Part shown: positions 20,469-26,940 of the stretch, one piece after another
How positions within the stretch are numbered: position 1 is the stretch's first letter
Layout: each line of letters opens with the position of its first letter
From: Armatimonadota bacterium
GTDB lineage: Bacteria > Sysuimicrobiota > Sysuimicrobiia > Sysuimicrobiales > Kaftiobacteriaceae
Direction of reading: 5' to 3'
DNA length: 29,714 nucleotides
NCBI GenBank assembly: GCA_037440005.1
Contig: JBBIUY010000037.1
Location: 1-29,714 of the forward strand
Made by a program: the position numbers and the translations under genes
Notes under the pieces: model-generated
What the model was told of the DNA's origin: nothing
Database searches by the model: none
Seen by the model: only the letters and a program-made list of their open reading frames with translations

Positions 20469-20696
20469 GCCCGCCCCGGCCGCGTCCGCAGATCCGCCCG
20501 TCCCCTCCGGCTCATCCGGTCGGATGGCAGCACCTCGTCGGCGCGCTGACTCCGTGCGCCCGGCGCGGGGATACGGTCCCGTTCTCCGGCCGGGCCCGCC
20601 CCACCGGACGCGGTGAGGCGCGCCAACCGCCGGACGCCCCGTGGAACGCGGCGGCGGTCCGCCGTCCTCCCCCTGTAACGGCCGGAGGTACGGCAG

Positions 20697-20725
20697 AGAC
20701 TAGCACGGGACGCCCCGCCCGTCAA
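20697..20725 (-). promoter_or_regulatory. sigma70-type promoter with extended -10 for the HD-GYP gene
   Basis: TTGACG, 17 nt, TGc-TAGTCT on the minus strand. Confidence 0.65.
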
Positions 20726-20887
20726 GAACGGTCTTACCCGGTGCGGCCGCGTCCGTAGACGGCCGGCCGGGTCTGCGGGGGGTGTGGCCGGGGTAGGACC
20801 CACTCACAGGAACTCCCCCCGAGGCGGGGAAGTATCTACGCCGGCGCGGAGGGCGCCGTGCGGCAGACCCGCCGTGGGGTGAACGGC

Positions 20888-21154
20888 ATGGACGAGCGTG
20901 AACGCACCGGCGTGTTCAAGGTGGGGGCGCCGTCGGCCCAGGACATCCGCCAGATCCTGGCCCACGTGTATCGGGCGCTCAGCGAGAAAGGATACAATCC
21001 GGTGGACCAGATCGTCGGCTACCTGCTGTCCGGCGATCCGACGTACATCACCAGCCACCGGGAGGCCCGGACGGTCATCCGGCAGGTGGACCGGCTGCTG
21101 CTGCTGGAGGAACTGGTGCGCTGCTACGTGGAGCACCGCCTGCAGCCGTCCTGA
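20888..21154 (+). CDS. ireB: IreB/ReoM family (UPF0297) regulatory phosphoprotein
   Basis: [38 protein letters not shown] signature; Thr7 present. Confidence 0.93.
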   Translation: MDERERTGVFKVGAPSAQDIRQILAHVYRALSEKGYNPVDQIVGYLLSGDPTYITSHREARTVIRQVDRLLLLEELVRCYVEHRLQPS

Positions 21155-21211
21155 CCCGGACGGCCGCCACGCCGCATCCGACCGAGCACCGACGCGGCAC
21201 CGGAGGAGACC

Positions 21212-22495
21212 ATGGAGAGGCTAGTGGTGCGGGGAGGGCGCCCGCTGCGGGGGCGGGTGAGGATCTCGGGGGGCAAGAACAGCTCCCTGGCGGTGATCAC
21301 CGCCGCCTGCCTGGCGGCGGACGTGTCGGTGCTGGAGAACGTCCCCCACTGCCGGGACGTGCTGACGCTGCGGGCGATTCTGGAGGCCCTGGGGGCGCGG
21401 GTGGAGCTGCGGGGGGGGCGGATGACCGTGGACGCCCGCCGTCTGGACGGCCACGTGGCCCCCTACGAGCTGTGCCGGCAGATGCGGGCATCGTTCTACA
21501 CCGCGGGCCTGCTGCTGGGCCGCCTGGGCCGGGCTCAGGTGCCGCTGCCGGGCGGGTGCGTCATCGGATCCCGGCCCGTGGATTTCCACCTGCGGGGGTT
21601 CGCGGCCCTGGGCGCCACCGTGGACATCGAGCACGGGTACATGAAGGCGGCGGCGCGGCGGCTGGCGGGGACGTCGTTCTTCGTGCCCCGCAGCAGCGTG
21701 GGGACCACCATCAACCTGATGCTGGCCGCCAGTACCGCCGAGGGCATCACGGTTTTGGAGAACGCGGCGCGGGAACCCGAGGTGGTGGACACCGCGGTCT
21801 TCTTGAACCTGATGGGAGCCCGCATCAAGGGGGCCGGGACCCACACCATCACCGTGGAAGGGGTCCGGGCCCTGCACGGGGCCTCCTACGCCGTCATCCC
21901 GGACAGGCTGGAGGCCGGCACCTACCTGCTGGCGGCTGCGGCCACCGGTGGGGACGTGCTGGTGGAGCACATGATCCCCGAGCACATCAGCGCGCTGCTG
22001 GCCAAACTGGAGGAGGCTGGCGCCGTGGTGGAGCGGGGCACCGACGGGGTGCGCGTGCAGGCAGGCCGGACGCACCGCGGGGTCCAGGTGGACACCGCCC
22101 CCTATCCCGGTTTTGCCACCGACCTGCACCCTCCCTTTGCGGCCCTGATGACGCTGGCGGAGGGCCAGTCGCGGATTCGGGAGACCATCTTCGAGTCGCG
22201 ATTTGGCTACGTGGCCGAGCTGCGCCGCATGGGGGCCGACATCCGGGTGGAAGGGGACGCGGCGGTCATCACCGGGGTCCCCTACCTCACCGGGGCCCCG
22301 GTGGAGGCGGCGGACATCCGGGGAGGCGCCGCGGTGATCATCGCCGCTCTGGCCGCCCGGGGGACCACCGAGATCTCCGGCGTGGAGAACATCGACCGGG
22401 GCTACGAGCAGGTCGAGGAAAAGCTGGCCGCGCTGGGCGCGGCCGTCGAGCGCATCGAGGTGCGCGGAGAACCGATAGCCGAGCCGGTGGCCTGA
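21212..22495 (+). CDS. murA: UDP-N-acetylglucosamine 1-carboxyvinyltransferase
   Basis: SGGKNS, MRAS, LPGGCVIGSRP (active-site Cys), ENAAREPE, PYPGFATDL, IFESRF, IDRGY. Confidence 0.97.
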   Translation: MERLVVRGGRPLRGRVRISGGKNSSLAVITAACLAADVSVLENVPHCRDVLTLRAILEALGARVELRGGRMTVDARRLDGHVAPYELCRQMRASFYTAGLLLGRLGRAQVPLPGGCVIGSRPVDFHLRGFAALGATVDIEHGYMKAAARRLAGTSFFVPRSSVGTTINLMLAASTAEGITVLENAAREPEVVDTAVFLNLMGARIKGAGTHTITVEGVRALHGASYAVIPDRLEAGTYLLAAAATGGDVLVEHMIPEHISALLAKLEEAGAVVERGTDGVRVQAGRTHRGVQVDTAPYPGFATDLHPPFAALMTLAEGQSRIRETIFESRFGYVAELRRMGADIRVEGDAAVITGVPYLTGAPVEAADIRGGAAVIIAALAARGTTEISGVENIDRGYEQVEEKLAALGAAVERIEVRGEPIAEPVA

Positions 22496-22590
22496 CGCCG
22501 CGAGCCCCTCCTGGGGGGATGCCTGCCCGCAGACCCGCGGGCCGGTCCGTGGGAAGCTTCACCCGCAGCCTGAGACCCCGCCTCCGCCTG

Positions 22591-22596
22591 TATAAT
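22591..22596 (+). promoter_or_regulatory. -10 box of the tRNA-Val promoter
   Basis: TATAAT 7 nt upstream of the tRNA; no clear -35. Confidence 0.55.
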
Positions 22597-22603
22597 CCGC
22601 TGT

Positions 22604-22678
22604 GGGCGAGTAGCTCAACGGGAGAGCACCCCGCTTACACCGGGGAGGCCGTAGGTTCGATCCCTACCTCGCCCACCA
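22604..22678 (+). tRNA. tRNA-Val(TAC)
   Basis: Acceptor GGGCGAG/CTCGCCC, anticodon arm CCCCG-CTTACAC-CGGGG, GTAGG-TTCGATC-CCTAC, ACCA. Confidence 0.96.
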
Positions 22679-22900
22679 CGGGCTCAGGTCCGGGCCCGAC
22701 TTGGCGGGGGCATTAGATTGACCTCAGTAAATTACATCTACGGTGATCATAGCCTGATCTCCATGACGAAACCGGTACGGGGGCGGAAAACCCCCGGAGG
22801 GAAGGCTTTTTGCAGTCACGAATAAGGATTCGTACTTGGCCGCGACCCCTCTCCCGTCTCACCCCGGACCGGCCCGAGCAACTCCGAGCGAGGTGGAGGC

Positions 22901-23494
22901 GTGAAGAAGCTCAAGCCGCAGGAAGTGGACGTGCTGCTGCGCATCATGCAGATCGCCGACGCGCCGCAGAACCTGGACGCGATGCAGTACGTCATCTTCC
23001 AGTTCGACTTCAAGGACTACGAGCAGTTCATCCTGGAGTGTCCTCCCGGCAGCATCCGGTTCAACAACGTCCTGCGGGTGGCCGTTTTTTGCGACTACCT
23101 GGGGGTGCTGGTGGAGGGCGGCGCCATCGACGCCGAGACGGTCTTCGAACTGTATCCGATCCCCTGGGCGAAGATGGAACCCATCATCCTGGGCATGCGG
23201 CGGGAGCTGGGCTGGCCGGATCTGTTCGACTACTTCGAGCGCCTGGGCAAGCAGTATCAGAAATGGTGGGAGCCTAAGGCCAAGAAGATCAAGCTGCCGG
23301 AAGCCCCCAAGGCGGAAGCGCCCCGCCCGGCCCTGCGGCCCGCCGCCCGTCCCACCCTCGTGCAGACCACGCGCCCCCAGCGGCCCGCGGGTCCTCCCCC
23401 GGCCCGGCCCGGCACCGGCATCGTCAAGCCGGCGGCCAAGCCGGTGCCTCCGTCCAAGGCGCGCAAGCCAGCCCCGGGAGCGCGCCGGGCCTGA
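22901..23494 (+). CDS. Hypothetical protein, DUF4760-like helical domain plus Pro/Lys/Ala-rich tail
   Basis: GGAGG SD; pattern F.DY..F...PPGS..GVLV..G.I....F..W.K..I..R..P.LF..FE.L recalled as DUF4760-like (not searched). Confidence 0.7.
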   Translation: MKKLKPQEVDVLLRIMQIADAPQNLDAMQYVIFQFDFKDYEQFILECPPGSIRFNNVLRVAVFCDYLGVLVEGGAIDAETVFELYPIPWAKMEPIILGMRRELGWPDLFDYFERLGKQYQKWWEPKAKKIKLPEAPKAEAPRPALRPAARPTLVQTTRPQRPAGPPPARPGTGIVKPAAKPVPPSKARKPAPGARRA

Positions 23495-23692
23495 TCGCCG
23501 GGGAAGTCACGACAAGCCGCCCTCTCGGAAGAGGCGACCGGTACGGCGACGCCGCGCTCCACGGGTTTACACGGAGCGCTCCGCGTCGTCCCCGTGGCGC
23601 ACGACGCCGCCGAATCCCTCCCGGGGCGTCTCCGGGATCGCAGGGGAGGTTCTCCGGGGGCCCCGGTCTTCAGCTGCAGCCCTGCCGACACC

Positions 23693-23722
23693 AGCCTAGC
23701 AGACCGGCCCCGCGGGCGACAA
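23693..23722 (-). promoter_or_regulatory. Putative extended -10 promoter with no downstream protein gene
   Basis: TTGTCG, 18 nt, TGc-TAGGCT. Confidence 0.45.
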
Positions 23723-23738
23723 CCCGCTCCGGGCGCGT

Positions 23739-25046
23739 TCAGGAGGGAGCCGGGGAGGGCTGGGTGACGGCCGCCGGCGCTGCGGGGACGTCGGCGAAGA
23801 CCGCGTCGGCCTCCTGCCGGACGACGTCGATGAGGGCCTCGGCCACCACTGGGTCGAACTGCCGCCCCTTCTGCCGGGCGATCTCCGCCAGGGCCTCCTC
23901 CACCGCCAGGGCCCGGCGGTAGGGGCGGTGGGAGGTCATGGCGTCGAAGGCGTCGGCGGCGGCGATGATCCGCGCGCCCAGAGGGATGTGCTGGCCGTAC
24001 AGGCGGAAGACGCCGGTGCCGTCGTAGCGCTCGTGGTGGAATAGGATGTACTCTTTGCCCCGGCGGTATTCGGGCAGTTTCCCGACAATCTCGGCGCCGA
24101 TGACCGTGTGCTTGCGGACCGTGTCCAGCTCCTCGGGGCTCAGTCGCTCCGGTTTCAGCAGCAGGGCGTCGGAGATGCCCACCTTGCCCAGGTCGTGCAC
24201 CCGCGCCGCCTCGGCGATGGCGTCCTGCTCGTCCGGGGGCAGCCCCAGGCGCCGGGCGATCCGCCGGGCCAGGGCCGCCACCCGCTGGGAGTGGGCGAAG
24301 GTGTAGGCGTCGCGCCGGTCCACCGTGTCGGCGAGCAGCTCGATGGTCGCCCGGGCCTGGCGGCGGAGGGCGCTGGCGGTCTGCAGGGCCCGGTACACCG
24401 CCACCAGGGGCAGGGCCAGCACGCCGGTCAGCACCGGGGCGTGCACGTAGGTGAGGGCGATCACCGCCCCCAGCAGCAGCGTGCTCACGTAGGGGATCAC
24501 CGCCCGCCCGAACGTCTGCCGCCAGTGGTGGACGAAACCCGACCGGTGCAGCAGCGACGCCCACCGGGTGACCACCAGGCTGTTGATGGCGAAGAACGCG
24601 CCGATCCCGGCCAGGATCCAGGCGGTCTGGACGAGGCCCAGGTCGCCCGCGAGGGGGGTGACCCCCGCGCGCTGCAGCAGCCAGGCCGTTCCTCCCACCG
24701 TCAGGACGGTCTGGCCCGCGTTGAAGGCGATGTCCCCCGGCGGCCAGCGCTGGATCACCGACAGGCCCGCGATGCCCACGGCGGCGCCCACGGTCGCCAC
24801 GGCCGGCGGCAGCAGCAGGATCATGGCGAACATCACGGCGCCGGCCATGTTCACCGCCACGTTGGGGCCCACGCACACGGGACAGTAGCCGGCCACCGGG
24901 ACCGCCGCGGTGCCCAGGGCGAAGACGATCAAGCGGCCGGCGTCCGCCAGCAGCGGCGGGATCCCGGCGAACAGACCGGCCAGCAGGGCGGCGGCCGCCG
25001 CCCCCACGAGGCCGACGTACACGCGCACGTCACGGGACTGGTCCAC
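23739..25046 (-). CDS. Polytopic membrane sensor (about 6-7 TM, MASE9-like) fused to an HD-GYP variant
   Basis: GGAGGG SD 7 nt before GTG 25046; about 220 hydrophobic N-terminal residues; HSQRVA, HDLGKVG, HHERYDGTG(VF), IPLGARII..ADAFDAMTSHRPYR. Confidence 0.9.
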   Translation of the reverse strand: MDQSRDVRVYVGLVGAAAAALLAGLFAGIPPLLADAGRLIVFALGTAAVPVAGYCPVCVGPNVAVNMAGAVMFAMILLLPPAVATVGAAVGIAGLSVIQRWPPGDIAFNAGQTVLTVGGTAWLLQRAGVTPLAGDLGLVQTAWILAGIGAFFAINSLVVTRWASLLHRSGFVHHWRQTFGRAVIPYVSTLLLGAVIALTYVHAPVLTGVLALPLVAVYRALQTASALRRQARATIELLADTVDRRDAYTFAHSQRVAALARRIARRLGLPPDEQDAIAEAARVHDLGKVGISDALLLKPERLSPEELDTVRKHTVIGAEIVGKLPEYRRGKEYILFHHERYDGTGVFRLYGQHIPLGARIIAAADAFDAMTSHRPYRRALAVEEALAEIARQKGRQFDPVVAEALIDVVRQEADAVFADVPAAPAAVTQPSPAPS

Positions 25047-25096
25047 GGCGGGTCCCTCCGGCACGGGACGCGCTCTGGAGCGGGACGCAGGACGGG

Positions 25097-25270
25097 CTAC
25101 TCGTAGACGGCAAGGGAGTTGTCGAACACGCGGAGGGTCTCCAGGCACTTGTTGGAGCAGCCGATGCCGATGGCATGGGCGGCGGGTGCGGCTGCCGTGG
25201 CGGCGATGAGGGCGACGGCCGCCACCAGCAGCAGCGCCAGCCCTGTCACCCGACGCGCAGGATGTCTCAT
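25097..25270 (-). CDS. Small secreted pre-peptide, 57 aa (not in ORF track)
   Basis: MRHPARRVTGLALLLVAAVALIAATAAAPAAHA|IGIGCSNKCLETLRVFDNSLAVYE; strong GGAGGG SD, GC3-rich codons, n/h/c signal regions ending in AHA. Confidence 0.8.
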   Translation of the reverse strand: MRHPARRVTGLALLLVAAVALIAATAAAPAAHAIGIGCSNKCLETLRVFDNSLAVYE

Positions 25271-25432
25271 CCCACCCTCCCCCCTCCGGCAGCAGTGTCC
25301 TGCGTCTAGCGCACCGCCCGGGCCGGCGGCCCGGGCGGGTCCAGGTGCAGCTCAGGCCGCCCGTCCGGCTCGCGCGAGCCCCGGGGCGTCCCCGACAGGA
25401 TATGCTGTTGGTGAAAGGCGGTTGCAAAGTGC

Positions 25433-25461
25433 ACCGTAACACGGGCCCTGCGGGCTGTCAA
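25433..25461 (-). promoter_or_regulatory. sigma70 promoter of the peptide/HD-GYP unit
   Basis: TTGACA (25461-25456), 17 nt, TGt-TACGGT (25438-25433). Confidence 0.7.
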
Positions 25462-25536
25462 CGACAGTTCCATGGCAACTCGGTGGAAGATGCGCCGGCC
25501 CAGGAATTGACGGCGCCGGACCCGAACTCGAAGGCC

Positions 25537-26247
25537 GTGACGTCCGCCGCCCGCCTGTACGCCCTGCAGCAGCTGGACACGGCCCTGGCCCGCCTGGAGG
25601 CGGCCCGGGCCTCGGCGGACGACGGGTCGGCGCTGCGCGCGCGGGTGGAAAAGGCCCGGGCGGTCGAGGAAGAGGCCCGGGCGGACCTGCGCGCCCGGCA
25701 GGTCCGCCTCCGGGATCTGGAGCTGCGGTTGCAGGCCGTCGGGGAGAAGGCCGCGCGGGTCAGCCAGGACCTGTACGGAGGCCGCATCTACAACCCCAAG
25801 GAGCTCACCGCGCTCCAGGAGGAACTGGCGGCCCTCCAGCGCCACCGCCGCCGACTGGAGGACGAGATTCTCGCCCTGATGGAGGAGGTGGACGAGGGGG
25901 GACGCCGGCTGGCCGCCCTGGAGGCCGAGCGGCGCGCGGCGGAGGCGGACCTGGAGGCACGGCTGGCGGCCTACCGGCACGAGGTCCAGACCCTGGAGGG
26001 CGAACTGCTGGACCTGCGCCGGCGGCGGGAGGAGGCCGCCTCGCAGATCGACCCCGCCCTGCTGCGCCGGTACGAGCGGCTGCGGGAACGCAAGGACGGC
26101 GTGGCGGTGGCGGCGGTGTCCGGGGGGACGTGCGGGGCCTGCCACGTGGCGCTGCCCGAGGTCCTCCTGAGCCGGCTCCAGCAGGAGGAGGAGGCCATCC
26201 TGACGTGCGAGGAGTGCGGGCGGATCCTGTATGTCCCGGCCGGGTAG
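25537..26247 (+). CDS. Coiled-coil C4 zinc-ribbon protein (DUF164/CT398-like); start uncertain
   Basis: LYALQQLD, NPKELTALQEE, YERLR, CGACHVALP..CEECGRILY. Confidence 0.88.
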   Translation: MTSAARLYALQQLDTALARLEAARASADDGSALRARVEKARAVEEEARADLRARQVRLRDLELRLQAVGEKAARVSQDLYGGRIYNPKELTALQEELAALQRHRRRLEDEILALMEEVDEGGRRLAALEAERRAAEADLEARLAAYRHEVQTLEGELLDLRRRREEAASQIDPALLRRYERLRERKDGVAVAAVSGGTCGACHVALPEVLLSRLQQEEEAILTCEECGRILYVPAG

Positions 26248-26872
26248 GCACCTGGTGCTGATGGTGGACGGGGCGTCCCGGGGCAATCCGGGCCCGGCCG
26301 CCATCGGGGTCGTCGTGTCGGACGCCCGGGGGCGGGTGCTCCGGGAGATCGGGGAGTATATCGGCCAGGCCACCAACAACGTGGCCGAGTACCGCGCCTT
26401 GCTCCGGGCCCTGGAAGAGGCCCGGGCGCTGGGCGCGGAGTCGGTGGAGGTCCGGTCTGACAGCGAGCTGCTGGTCAGCCAGCTGCGGGGGACCTACCGG
26501 GTGAAAAGTCCGGACCTGGGGCCGCTGTACCTGGAAGCCGTGCGCCTGCTGCGGTCTTTCGCCGACCACGCGGTGACCAAGGTGGACCGGGGTCACAACG
26601 CGGCCGCCGACGCCCTGGCCAACCGCGCGCTGGATGCGGCGGCCCCGGAGTCGGAGGTGGAGTACGCGGTCCTGGTGGACCGGGAGGGCCCGCGATACGT
26701 GGCGCGGGTGCCGGCGCTGGGCGTGTCGGGCTCGGGCGGCACGCCTTCGGAAGCGCTGGACGCGGCCCGCCGGGAGGCCGCCCGGCGCGTCCGGGAACTG
26801 CGTGGCCAGGGCAGGCCTCTCCCCCGGGAAGAACGCATCCGCATCCGGCTGGACGGGGAGAAGACCCGCTGA
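26231..26872 (+). CDS. rnhA: Ribonuclease HI fused to a C-terminal HicB-like domain
   Basis: DGASRGNPGPA, TNNVAEY, SDSELL, NAAADALAN (D-E-D-D); tail YVARVPALGVSGSGGTPSEAL. Confidence 0.88.
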   Translation: MSRPGRHLVLMVDGASRGNPGPAAIGVVVSDARGRVLREIGEYIGQATNNVAEYRALLRALEEARALGAESVEVRSDSELLVSQLRGTYRVKSPDLGPLYLEAVRLLRSFADHAVTKVDRGHNAAADALANRALDAAAPESEVEYAVLVDREGPRYVARVPALGVSGSGGTPSEALDAARREAARRVRELRGQGRPLPREERIRIRLDGEKTR

Positions 26873-26873
26873 C

Positions 26874-26921
26874 CTTCGCCTCCCCGTCGACTCCTCTTCC
26901 CTCTTCCTTCTTCCCTCTTGC
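26874..26921 (+). repeat. Polypyrimidine tract with (YTCTTCC) heptamers
   Basis: CTCTTCC CTCTTCC TTCTTCC CTCTTGC at 26894-26921. Confidence 0.6.
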
Positions 26922-26940
26922 CTGCGGTAGCATTAACTCC

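Noticed and set aside
21540..21575. Fosfomycin-resistant MurA
   Set aside because: The active-site Cys (PGGCVIG) is retained
18954..22900. tRNA-anchored genomic island or prophage
   Set aside because: No integrase, transposase or duplicated tRNA 3' end seen; flanking genes have host-like codon usage
23645..23675. Hammerhead-like CUGAAGA-stem on the minus strand
   Set aside because: The stem is followed by AGAAC, not GAAA, and stems I/III with a cleavage triplet are not evident
23508..23685. Partial resemblance to c-di-GMP-I (GGCGACGC..CCACGGGTTTAC) and c-di-AMP ydaO (CGCCGAATCC) riboswitches on the + strand
   Set aside because: Key conserved segments are missing and no gene lies downstream in that orientation; kept only as an unidentified structured RNA
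25047..25442. ORF-track N-terminal extension of the 567-aa HD-GYP ORF
   Set aside because: Its GTG lies inside the promoter and the sequence is low-complexity; a good SD sits at 25046 and a better ORF occupies another frame
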